The notes below the pieces were generated by a model. The model was not told the origin of the DNA. It saw only the letters and a list, made by a program, of their open reading frames with translations, and did no database searches. From positions 1-64,000 of the IMG/VR virus record IMGVR_UViG_3300030012_002336: DNA of 64,000 bases; one strand, given 5' to 3'. The translations under genes and the position numbers were made by a program. Of the stretch, positions 35,931 through 47,700 are shown one piece after another. The stretch is from a virus. Its lineage: Duplodnaviria; Caudoviricetes. Positions within the stretch are counted from its first letter, which is position 1. Each line of letters starts with the position of its first letter.

Positions 35931-38900
35931 CTATTTGTTACCTGTATATACATCTGTTTCATCATCAAAGTTTCTCCATCTTTGAATTGAATATGCCCAA
36001 GGAGTTATATCACCTATTTCTTTAATATACTTAGGCAAACCTCTTTTATTACCTCTTTGATAGAAGAATCTTTTATCTCTTTTAAGTTTTCTAAGAAGAT
36101 TATCATCAAAATATTTTGCATATTGTATGTATGGTATATGGTGCAAGGTTGTTGCCACATCCACCATTTCTCCTATAACTCTAGTAATTGGAAGTGGATC
36201 CGTAGTTTTCATAGTTATCAAGTCAGGTAAATTAAAAGGTGTAAAGAATAATACTTCTTTTGCTAACTTTCTTAATGAGTATCTTGCAAAATAACGGAAT
36301 CTTCTTAAAAAAGTTCCTTTGTCATGCGGGTTATCACCTCCAAATAAGAAAGCGGCTAAAGCTAAAGATGTTGCTATTACAAGATAATCATATAAAACCT
36401 TATATGCATTTCTCCTTCTAACCAAAGATATATTAGGATTTTGTGCATCAAAAGTTGCCTTAGCAGTTCCTTTATATATTTGTGCTACAAAGTTACCAAG
36501 AGCTCTTTGTCTACCTTCTACCCAACCTAAGTTTTCATCAAAATACAATGGAGAATACGCTGCTCTACCTAAAGGAGCAACCCACTTACCAAACTGCATT
36601 GCAAGCTCACCAAGGAAACTTGCCTGTAATTGTGTTTTATCATCATAAGCATAGTTACCATGTGCTTGTATATTAAGCTCTCTTATATCATTTCTTATTT
36701 TTGCATAGAATTTTTCAAGCTGTTGTTTTGTCTCAACAGGAGTTGCAATTCTTTGATCACCATTTTCAGTAACACTAAGAGTTCTATTTTTAGTATCCAT
36801 ATAGTGTGTAAATCTACCACCTTCAGCAGCAATATCTAACTTATATTCACCTGTTGTTGAGTCAAAAATACCAATGTTTAATAAAGACTTTTCTTCTAAT
36901 ACTTTACCATCTTTATCTCTAACTTGCATCTTAATAGTATCTAAATAAGCTCTACCTAATATTGTTTGAACCTTATATTCTACACCATTATTCAAAGCAA
37001 AAGCTATATTTGCAGCACTTTCAAAAACACCTGCTTGTTGTGCTCTTTGTCTCCCAATCTCTGCAACTTCTGCATAACTATCCATCATTCTCCAATAATC
37101 AACTGATGCCCAGTATTCATTAGGAGCTTTTATTTTGTCAAATCTACCTGCACCAGTAAGCCATGCATATGAACTTCTATGCCCCAGTTTAGCAAATAAA
37201 CTAGGAAGTGCAGTGTCATAATAAGCTTTTGTTGCTCTAACAACAGACCCTCTAGTTACCCAATTTTGCCCTACAGCTTCTCTCCATGTTGCATTTGTAC
37301 CTTGAATCTCGTTACCAATGTTGGCAAGAGGGCTTGACCCAACATACAAGAATGATGTAAAAAATTTAAAGCCATTTAATATCTTAGGCATATTAGCTTC
37401 TTGTCTACCCTTTCCTATATTTCTATAGAATGTATTTTTCATCCACGTTCTATATCTTTCTGGAAGTTTTGATTCTGATGCTGGTTTAGTTGCTAAACCT
37501 TCTGTGCTTGCTCCTCCTGGTTCAAGTGGATCATACAAACGGTTAGTTCCAACACCAGGAACAATACCTGCTACAGCATCTGTATAACCTTTATTACCTA
37601 TTAAACCTCCTGGTTGATATTTTGCTGCATCAATTATATCTTGTACTCCGTTTAAAAAACCTTTTATTTGACTCATGTTATCATAATGATTAGCCATAGT
37701 CATAAAATCTATTAAATTACTAGCAGCATTTAAGCTCATTTCATTTTTTGTAGGTGCATCTTCTAATAACATTATCCTTTGATCTATTTTTTCAATCTCT
37801 TCTTTATATTCTTGAGATGTTATTTCATCATTATTTCTTTTAACTATAAGTTCTTCTTTTAACTCATATAGTTTTTCAATAGCATTATCATCTTTTGCAT
37901 TTCCAACATACATGATTGGAGGAAGTTCTATATGCACACCAGCAATTTTATCAAAAGCAGAGCTTGCAGCCATAGTAGGTTTTAATGGATTTAATCTTGA
38001 TTTAGCAAATTTCTTTCTTGTATCTTTCTTTGTAAAATTCCACCCACCCATTTTTTCATACATCCTTGTAAAAAAAGATCCCTCATTGCTTAAATTATTA
38101 AAAAACTTATTAAATATTAAAGGACTTTTGCCATTAAATGATTGTTTAGCAGAAGCAGGAAGCATGTTTAAATACTCTTCCATCAAATTTGTATACATTA
38201 AATAGAATTCTTTTTTAGCTACACCTAGCTGATCATTTGGATCAACTTCCATTATAGCTTTATACTTTGGATTTACAAGATTATCCCCATTTTGTGATAC
38301 ATCTCTAGGAATCCTAGTTAACTCTCCATCTACAACTTTTCTATCAAAATCTTTTGGGGGTAAAATTTCTACAACACCTGTTGGTCCACCACCTAGAAAG
38401 TCATATTCCATTTTTTGATAATCTTTATCAGGTTTATCTTTCCATTTGTTTCTCCACTTTTGATACTTATATCTACTAACATCAGATTTCTTTTGCCATT
38501 TACCACTAATAGTATTAAAATATGCAACTTCTGCTCTAGCTTTTTTATAAGCATCAGTATGTTTATGATAGTCACCATCTCTATATGTATATACACCATC
38601 AACTTTTTCTACAGTTTCTGGAGCATAAAATTTTGCAGCTCTTACTTTAGCTTTATGAACTTTAATATTATGAGCTTTATCCTTATCTGTTAAAAGACTT
38701 GCATCTTTAATTATATATTCTAACGGTTCCCCTAAAGCATCTCTAGTATCTTTTGTTTCTCTGTCCCATATAGCTTGATAATTTTTCCAATCTGTTTTTT
38801 GTACAATATTACCAGTAAAGTCTCCATTCTCTTTAAACTCATACATGTAATGAAAGAAATCTTTTGCAAATCTTTTTTGACCTAATATATTTGTTGAAGG

Positions 38901-41708
38901 TTGCAACCTTTCTAACTTCTGAATAACCGGTAAAACTTCATTCTCAATCCTTTTTTCAACCGTATTCATCCCATTTATCTTGGTTGATTTAAATAATTGA
39001 TCAGCTAATGCTAATAAAGGATTATCTGATCCTGCAACTGTACCAAGATAATAATCACTGCTTGTTTGATCTTGTATAAAATTTAAAAGATCATCTAATG
39101 CTGCTTCATCAAACCTATCAGACTCTCTATTATAGAATGGATTATTAGTATTGTTCATTATATAGAGTTTGATTGCAGACTTTTTACCTTCAAGCAACAG
39201 AGATTTTTTATTCTTTCCAGTACCCATCAACTTATTAAGTTGTCTTTTTACTTTATCTCTTAGCTTATTCTCTGAATCAGAAAATTTTATATCATTAGGC
39301 TCTATACCAAGTTCTTCAAGACTAGCTGAAGCATCTGCTAAGCTGCTAAATGAATCAATAAAGTTCCCAAAAAAGTCAAGTGCACTTAAATAATCTTTAT
39401 AGTTTGCCATTTTTTTAGGATCATTTATATAATTCGCCATCTTATCAATTTCTTTTGATGCATTTGTTAACATCTTTTCATAGGTAAGATCAAAAGCTCC
39501 TGCTTCTAAACCGTGTGAAATAAGACTATTATTTATATCAATAAACTTAAGTGTCTTTGCAGCAACAGAGCCATCATCATTTAAAACTTTTTGTGAATTG
39601 ATTGCACGTGTAGCTTTTTGTAAATTTATAAATTCAACTCTATAATCTTCTAATACTTTTGCACGTAACTTATTTGTAGCTATTCCTTCAAAAACCTCAC
39701 GGTTGCTAAGATCTTTAGCTGCAGCTTCATAAGCATTTGATTCTATTTCTTCATCTGATAATTTAGATAATTCTTCTGATAAATTTTCTGATGCATCTTC
39801 TACACTTCTATCTCGTGTAAGAGGATTTACAATAAGATCTGCATAATCTGCATAGTCGGCTATATTATAAGGAGCAGGCATATCTACATTTACAACTTTA
39901 CTATCATCATAATTAATGTTAATTGTTTTGGATTTTTCATTAACAATATATCCTAAGTTTTGTAATATTCTTGATTGAACATTATTTCTTATAGCATTTA
40001 ACATTATTCTTGTAATTCCTTCAGGAAATAATTTAGCTAATGCACTATTTTTTTCTAGACTTAATAGTGTTGTGCTATCTTGTGGTCGGTTATAGGTAAT
40101 ATTTATTGGGGTTACAGTACCGTTTTCTTCAATAGCTAAAATACTTATTGTACTAGCAACATTAGTTTTAGGATCTGCAATAACTACTGATGGTAACAAA
40201 ACAGCACCTATTTCTTGTAATCCTTCTACTCTAGCTTCTAAAGCGGTATATAATTTTTGTATATCTTCTTTATTAAGAGTTTTGAGTTTAAATTGTTCAA
40301 CCCCTTCTACACCTTTTTTAAGAATAACGGATTCAAGTATTACATTTATATCATCTATTCTAAAATCTCTTGCTTTAATACCAGCATCTATAACAGCTCC
40401 TAGTTTATCTATAATAGATGGATATTTTTCTTGTACTTTATCTATGTTATAATATTTTCCATCTTGATAATCACGTATTATTATAGGATTTGATAATTCT
40501 TTTAGGTAGTCACTAGCTGTAAAACTTTCCACCTGTCTTTTACTTTCTCTACTTGCATATGTAAGTCTATCAACTATATCTTTTTGTTTATCAGTTGCTT
40601 CTTCATTTATTTGAGTTATTAATGCAGATCTATTATCAGACAATGCAAACTGAACTGCTGTATTTTTAATTACCTCATCATTTAAATTAAACTTTAAATC
40701 TTTTGTATTTAATAACTTAGTTATATCTGATATAGTACTTGTAGACTTGATATCTGCTACAGAAAGATTAGCTCCAGATATATATTTAAATAAATTTTTT
40801 ACAACATTGCCAATAAACTTTAGCAAGTCCATTACTCTTTGCTTCCAAGTGTTTGTGGGCTCTTGTTCAAACTGCTTATTAAAGTTATTACTTAATGCTT
40901 TAGTTAAGAACTCTCTTTCCAAGTTTTCTTGAGTGTAGTTTTGATATATCTCTTGTGTTTCTTCTAGTAGCTGCGGATATATATTTTTAGCCTCAGATAA
41001 TAAATTTTTATATAAAGCATTATTCTCTGTCTCCACCGTGTTTACAAACGGATGTAGTATTTCTTCAGCAACTGTCTCCGGGCTTACACTACCTTTTACA
41101 ATCTTAACTGTATTATCAACATAGTAAGCTTTAACATTAAAGAATGATGATCCATAACTTAATTCTTTTTGTTCTTCACTAAGATTATCATAATATGCTC
41201 GTGCCTCTTGTCTGCTAACTACATCTATATCAAGCTGAGGAAACATTTTTAACATATGATCTATAACATCTAGTGAGTGAGCATCATTATCTCTAGATAG
41301 AATCATATTAGATTTATTAAACTTAGAAGCATCTATTTCTAAAACTAAACCATCTCCCATAAACTTTACACTATAACTTGAAGGCGGAACACTCCAAACT
41401 TTCATAAGTCTATATATCTTTTGAGTGTTTTTAGTTTGATCTGGTTTAACCATATACATATCACCAACTCTTGTTACTAAATTTCTATTTGAAAAATTAT
41501 TTAGTAATATATTTTTATATGAGTTTTGATCAACAGACATAGCCTCTTCCTTTTGTCTCAAGAATGTATTTACATCTTGCAAAGAAGGCAGGGCCTCTGT
41601 GTTATTACTTTCTTGCCACTTAGTCATAATGCTATCTACAACTATAGGGTTCTTATACTTAGCATTTATAGCTTTCCATTGGGCTGTATTTCTATTAAAA
41701 CATGTCAT
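35931..41708 (-). CDS. large virion/ejection protein, degenerate zincin-like N-region
   Basis: 1925 aa, downstream of vRNAP; KAYY...VAEEILHPFV; hydrophobic C-terminal helices. Confidence 0.8.
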   Translation of the reverse strand: MTCFNRNTAQWKAINAKYKNPIVVDSIMTKWQESNNTEALPSLQDVNTFLRQKEEAMSVDQNSYKNILLNNFSNRNLVTRVGDMYMVKPDQTKNTQKIYRLMKVWSVPPSSYSVKFMGDGLVLEIDASKFNKSNMILSRDNDAHSLDVIDHMLKMFPQLDIDVVSRQEARAYYDNLSEEQKELSYGSSFFNVKAYYVDNTVKIVKGSVSPETVAEEILHPFVNTVETENNALYKNLLSEAKNIYPQLLEETQEIYQNYTQENLEREFLTKALSNNFNKQFEQEPTNTWKQRVMDLLKFIGNVVKNLFKYISGANLSVADIKSTSTISDITKLLNTKDLKFNLNDEVIKNTAVQFALSDNRSALITQINEEATDKQKDIVDRLTYASRESKRQVESFTASDYLKELSNPIIIRDYQDGKYYNIDKVQEKYPSIIDKLGAVIDAGIKARDFRIDDINVILESVILKKGVEGVEQFKLKTLNKEDIQKLYTALEARVEGLQEIGAVLLPSVVIADPKTNVASTISILAIEENGTVTPINITYNRPQDSTTLLSLEKNSALAKLFPEGITRIMLNAIRNNVQSRILQNLGYIVNEKSKTININYDDSKVVNVDMPAPYNIADYADYADLIVNPLTRDRSVEDASENLSEELSKLSDEEIESNAYEAAAKDLSNREVFEGIATNKLRAKVLEDYRVEFINLQKATRAINSQKVLNDDGSVAAKTLKFIDINNSLISHGLEAGAFDLTYEKMLTNASKEIDKMANYINDPKKMANYKDYLSALDFFGNFIDSFSSLADASASLEELGIEPNDIKFSDSENKLRDKVKRQLNKLMGTGKNKKSLLLEGKKSAIKLYIMNNTNNPFYNRESDRFDEAALDDLLNFIQDQTSSDYYLGTVAGSDNPLLALADQLFKSTKINGMNTVEKRIENEVLPVIQKLERLQPSTNILGQKRFAKDFFHYMYEFKENGDFTGNIVQKTDWKNYQAIWDRETKDTRDALGEPLEYIIKDASLLTDKDKAHNIKVHKAKVRAAKFYAPETVEKVDGVYTYRDGDYHKHTDAYKKARAEVAYFNTISGKWQKKSDVSRYKYQKWRNKWKDKPDKDYQKMEYDFLGGGPTGVVEILPPKDFDRKVVDGELTRIPRDVSQNGDNLVNPKYKAIMEVDPNDQLGVAKKEFYLMYTNLMEEYLNMLPASAKQSFNGKSPLIFNKFFNNLSNEGSFFTRMYEKMGGWNFTKKDTRKKFAKSRLNPLKPTMAASSAFDKIAGVHIELPPIMYVGNAKDDNAIEKLYELKEELIVKRNNDEITSQEYKEEIEKIDQRIMLLEDAPTKNEMSLNAASNLIDFMTMANHYDNMSQIKGFLNGVQDIIDAAKYQPGGLIGNKGYTDAVAGIVPGVGTNRLYDPLEPGGASTEGLATKPASESKLPERYRTWMKNTFYRNIGKGRQEANMPKILNGFKFFTSFLYVGSSPLANIGNEIQGTNATWREAVGQNWVTRGSVVRATKAYYDTALPSLFAKLGHRSSYAWLTGAGRFDKIKAPNEYWASVDYWRMMDSYAEVAEIGRQRAQQAGVFESAANIAFALNNGVEYKVQTILGRAYLDTIKMQVRDKDGKVLEEKSLLNIGIFDSTTGEYKLDIAAEGGRFTHYMDTKNRTLSVTENGDQRIATPVETKQQLEKFYAKIRNDIRELNIQAHGNYAYDDKTQLQASFLGELAMQFGKWVAPLGRAAYSPLYFDENLGWVEGRQRALGNFVAQIYKGTAKATFDAQNPNISLVRRRNAYKVLYDYLVIATSLALAAFLFGGDNPHDKGTFLRRFRYFARYSLRKLAKEVLFFTPFNLPDLITMKTTDPLPITRVIGEMVDVATTLHHIPYIQYAKYFDDNLLRKLKRDKRFFYQRGNKRGLPKYIKEIGDITPWAYSIQRWRNFDDETDVYTGNK

Positions 41709-41710
41709 AT

Positions 41711-44700
41711 CTATTTACCTTTACATTTTTTAATATCCTCCATAAATTCCTCTTTTGTATCATATAGTTGTTTAGGATCTTGATACAAAGCTATCAAATC
41801 TTCTGCACTTCTCACACCTAAACCACCTAAATTTTCTGCTACAGCAATGTTTTGTTTTTCTGACTCTGTAAGTTTATCATACTCTTCAGTCAAAAACTTA
41901 ACATCCTCATTTTGTTCACCGGGTATTTCAAGAGCATCTTCTTTTAATCCTGTTAAATCTATTTCTAACTCTTCTTGTGCTTCTTCTAATTCCTCTGCAG
42001 TAAAGTCAAAATCTTTAAATATATCAAGCTGCCCTTGTTCTTCAGTTGTTTTTACTTCTTTTGGTTTAACATCTGCTCCTCTCTCATTTTTAAAGCCTTG
42101 CTCAGTAGCACTTATAGCATCACCTAATTGCCCTAACTGATTAGTATCTTCTTCAGCTAGTCCTTCTACTAAGCTAGTAGGATCAGTTTCCATAAACTCT
42201 TGCATAGGTATGTCATTCTCTAATCTGTCTTTTCTATTTTCCATCAATAAGCTAAACGCAGGTCTTTTACTTGTAAATACATCACCTATATCTGTTGCAC
42301 TATCTACACCTAAAGATTCAGTTTCAGTATATATAGCATTAACACCTAATATTTCACTTACTCTACCATCTGTTTCTGATTTTAAATTATACATTAAAGT
42401 TTGTTGATCAGCACCTCTATCTAAAATCTTTGGTACAGTAACACTTGTTAACACTTCTGTAATAAATGTTGTCTCTTTTCCTGACCCTGTTTTAATTTTT
42501 CTAACAAGTGGGAATTTAATTAAGTCATAATCTTTATTATTAATTGTAAGATTAACAACCTCAAAACCCTTTCCTTTTAATTGTTTTTTATTTAAACTCA
42601 ATCTCTTTTTAAAAGCCTCAACACTAAGTTGTTTACCATATTGTTTTTTCTTTTGAGCTTCATACTTTCTTATAAGTCTACCTTTGAGTTTTCTATCTTG
42701 AGCAGGGCCAAGTTTTGCAAATAAGTTTACATAAGTTTCACCTAGACCTGAATCAAATTGAACTGCTCCACCTTGAACTGCTGCAGGTTGTTTTTCTGCA
42801 ACTTCTTCTGTAGTTTTCTTTACAAGAGTTAAATAACCTTTTAGTCTTGAATCTGTATTAGACATTGCATCATAATACTCTTTAGTATATCCTGTTAAAA
42901 TAGAAAATTTTGATGAAAAGTTTTTTACTCTTTTTTGTTTCTTAGTTAATCTTATTATATCAGTAATTTCATATGGAGTACCCTCTGTACCTATTCGTAT
43001 AATATGACCCTTCTTTGCATTAGCATATAGTTTATTCTCTGTAGATATTGCTTTTATCTGACCAGAAGCTAATCCCTCTTCTAATGATATGTCTTTTTTA
43101 TATCTACTATCTTCAGCAGCTATATTATAGTTTAAACTTGACTCATCTTTAAATTCTTTCAATGCTAGTCTTGCATTACCTGCCCTACTAACTTTTAAAT
43201 TAAAACTATTTTTATGTGATAGCAATATACTTTTTACAACTTGATTAGTTATTTCATTTAACGTTGCTCCAAAAACTTCTCTATACCTTGTATCATCTAA
43301 TGTTTCTGATTTTAAAAGACTGTGTGCGGGGCTTACAGCACTAATAATATCCTTCAACATTACAGGAGGCATAACATTTATAAAAGAATCTCTTGCAAAA
43401 GTAAAGCCATCTTTAACTAATAAATAGTTTAATAGATGGTTCATGTCTTGATAATTTTGTTCATCTTTTGTATAGATGTTTGCTATATCACGTCCTATCT
43501 CTACCATCATTGCATCTGGAACTGTCTTCCAAGTATTTGCAACAATCCTATCAATCATTTGCTTATTATTAGGATTATCATATGTAATAGGTTTTAAGAA
43601 GTCATATAAGAAGTAACTATCAGGATTATTTTTCATAAGCCTTCTCATTACATCCATAATAATTAATGGTGTATTCTCACTTGCTTCAGGATATATAATA
43701 CCATTATCTAGTGTTACTAACCTTTTTCCATCACCTCTAGTTTTTAGTCTATGTATAAAAGACTTTGCTGTTAAATATGATATTATACTTTTCTTTATTT
43801 CACCTCTACTCTCAACAGATCTTGCAGCACCTTTATAGTGAGAAAGAACTATATCAGTTATTTGTTCAAAAGGTTTTGTTTTAGAAATAAACACAGAAGG
43901 AGTAACTTTATTAATCATACTTGCCATTCTATATAATGTTGTCAAATATGGTTGTGTTTTAACTCCACCAATATTATTTATCTGACCAAAGAACTTTCTA
44001 AAGTCTACAGGTACACTACTGTTTTTAAAATCACTATCTGATTTATTTATATCTAAGTCATCTAAAGATTTTAAAGATCTTTCTAAGTCTAAAGTTGATG
44101 ATCCTATACCATCTATAAAGTTTGGTAGAGCAATAAACTTATTTGTTGCTAGTTTAATTCTTTCTAAAGTTAAAAATTGTTGTAAAACTTTAAGCTCTGC
44201 CTCTTCTAATTTTTCATATGCTTCTGAGCCAACCTCAACTTCACCTGTAAATGTTTTACTTAAAGTTTTTACACCTCCAACATACTCCCATGCATTTAAT
44301 TGCTCTGTTAAAACTTCTGTTGACATACGTAAAGTAGCAGCATTTTCTAGAAGGAATGGTTTATCAGTTGTCATTGCTTCTATCTTTTTTTCTATAATTT
44401 TAGAAATATTAGCGGGTTCATTATTTCTAATTTTACTACTATACATTCTATATACATCTTTGATTGTAGGATGATTAACCATCATTACAGGAATTCTAAT
44501 TGGCATACCAAGTGCTACACCATTTGCTACTGTAGATAGTGCTTGTTTATTAAGACCTAAGAAATATGCTATATTATATTTAGCATTGTCTGTCATCCCT
44601 GTAATCTCTGCAGATCCCATAAACGCTCTTCTTATAAGTTCATTTTGATTTTTTGGATCTAAAATATAAGGATTTGTAAATTCATTATAGTCCTGACCAT

Positions 44701-47700
44701 CTATAACTAGTTTACCAAACTGTGATCCATCTCTTAAATCTAAACCATATTCTGAAAATATATGAAAGTTCAAGTTTTGTGGAACTATAGAACCAATGTT
44801 CTTTGCACCATCATGAAAACTATCATATATTCTTAGTATATCATTTAAGAAATCTGTATCAGTTGAAGAATCAAAAATTCTTTTTCTATTAGCAAAAGAC
44901 TTAACTTGACTTTCTAAGTTGGTAAGTAAATCAGTTAATGGATCTATAGAAGTAGGCTCATTAGCAACACCAACACTACTATATTCAGAAGGTGCTTCCA
45001 TTCTTGGATTAGACTGCAATGCTATTTTAGTATCTAAAAGTATATTATTATTTGCTGCCTCATAAGGCTCTATTTTAAATTTATTTTTATAATCAATATA
45101 CTCTTCTTTTGACTTTGGCTTATTTAACTGATGCAGTGCTCCTAAAATTTCTTCTTGACTTATATCTACTTTTATATATTTAGGACCAAACTCATCTTCT
45201 TTTTTATTATATGTAAAGTCTTCTGCTTTTGCAAATCTTAATTTTGATTCTTTTGCAATCCATCCTGGTGCTGTTTGATCTTCATTTTCTCTAAGCCACT
45301 CAGTCCACATAACTTCCACCTCATCCTCTTCATATAAAAGTTTGAATTCTTCTTCAAGTGCTCCTGGATTTTTTCTTTTATACTTTCTAAGAGCAAGATT
45401 ATATATAGATCCTGATCTTTGCACCTCTCTTTCTACAAAGTTTAAGTACTCTTCATATAATGTGTCCTCTGATTTATTATTTACACCCTTAGTTGATCTA
45501 TTAGGATCTACTGGCACACCATCACCATACTCAATAATTTTGCCACCTTTTATATATACATCTTTTTCATGATTATATACTTGATCAATATCAAGGTCAC
45601 GCCCAGAACGTTTCATATAAGATTGAGAAATCATACCTGATGATGCCATCCACGCTGGTAAAAAGTCTACTATCTTACCATAAGCAGCAGAGTGAGCATC
45701 CTGTGCAGGTACAGTAGCAGTATATAAATCACCTACTTCATCTGGTATAACTTCATCATCTTTTATTTGACTCATGTAAGATCTTTGAGGTGCAACAATC
45801 ATTTCATGATATCTTAAATCACTCTTTGATCCATCTTTATTTAACTTAACCACACTACCTCTTAAACCATCTATAAATAAATCTCCTACTTCTAATGGCT
45901 TATCTAAAACTTGATCTAGATATTCTTTTGTAATGTTATCTTCTCTTTTTAAGTTCAAAGGCTGACCTGTTCTTGTTAATGTTAAAGCTTCTCTTTGATC
46001 TGATGGTTTTAATTCATAACCTCTAACAACCTCCCAAGCTACAGGTATACCATCTTCTATAAGTTTTACTCTCTTAACTCTAGCTCCTAATGCATTTGTA
46101 ATTAATGTTGTATTAAAGCCAGGAACTCTTTCATTAAATGTGCTATTAAAGAATGTTAAAAATAATTGTTCAAACTTTGTTGAAGTTAAACTATTATTAA
46201 GATCAGGTGAGTTTTTAAATAACTCTACCATTTGATTATTTGCTTGAGATGCTTCTAAAGATGATATTGCATAGTCTTTAAAAGTTTGTAAGTCTGGTGT
46301 CATTTTACCCAGATCTCTAGCTTCTTCAAGTGCTACAATAGCTTCATCTAAGGTAAATATTAAATTCATTTTAGATAGTAAAGAAGACTTAGCTTTTTCT
46401 CCCTCTACCTTATTATATATACCTCTTAGTTTTCCTAAAGTCATTGACTCACCAAATACATTTATATCTGCACTATTATCTTGTTCAGATGAAACTATAA
46501 TTTTCATTTGTTTAAGATTGCTAATTGTATTTTTTCCGGCAACTTGCTTTTGTTGTTGATACATAAAGTTTGCATCAAGATATGTAATTGAGTTAGTTAA
46601 ATCTTTAGGGCTTAATGTTTCACTTAGTGTAGAAATATCTTCAAAGCTTAATACTTTACTCTTTTCTGCTTTAGATGCAGAAGCAGGAGTAGCTAAAGCA
46701 ACAACTTCTTGATTAGCTTCTATTGCTTTTAAGTTTTCATGAATAGCAAAAAACTCTGGATTTGTTATAGATGGTGTTGTAAAATTTGTAGAAGGGTCTC
46801 CAACTATCTGATCTGATAAAAACATAATAGACATTTTATCATAAATCTTACCATCACCATAAGCAAACTTTTCACTTTGAACTTGACCACCTAAAGAAAG
46901 TAATCCATTCACCCCTTCAGATCCTAAAATTTCACTAACGTTAATAATTTCTCCTTGCTCAATTCTGTTTATTAATTCTAGTTTAGCTTTAGAAGTACCA
47001 ACCCCATAGTTTAAATACTTTGCACCTTTCATTGTTGCAAATATCAAACCATCAGTTTCTTCCATACCTTTAAATTTTCTATCTTCAAAAATAACTTGAG
47101 CAATAGAATTTTTACCCATAGTATGAGTAATACCAAACTCAGGTGCTATAGTTTCAAAAGCTACATCTCTACCAGTTATTGCAAACTGTTTGTTTCTTTT
47201 GTTCTCAACTGTTGCATCTGCTAAACTTTTATTTGTATTACCAAGTAAAGCTTTATTTATTGTAGACGCATTTAAATAAGCATTAAAAAATATTTGTCTT
47301 AGATTATGTAGTTGTTGACCTGCAACTAAATTTAAATCTTGAATGACAGTACCTGCTACAGGCTCACCTGCTGATGTATTTAAATTACCAGAGATATTAG
47401 TAGTTACTAGCTTTAAAATATCCTCATTTACTATCATATCATTAAACATAGTAAACTTATTCTCAAGTGTTTCCCTCACCTGATATTTTAATTGATCTAA
47501 TGACGTGGCAGGAACATCTTGGATAAATGTTGTTTCTTTAAGTGCCTCATTAAAAGTATATAGTTCATTTGTTTTTGGATTTTTTGTTACAAGTAAATCC
47601 TCAACTCCTGTTATAATAGAATCATCTTCTATAAATTCATCAGTAGATTCTGTAAATAAACTAACCTGTTCTTCAGATAACTTATCTAAATAATACACGG

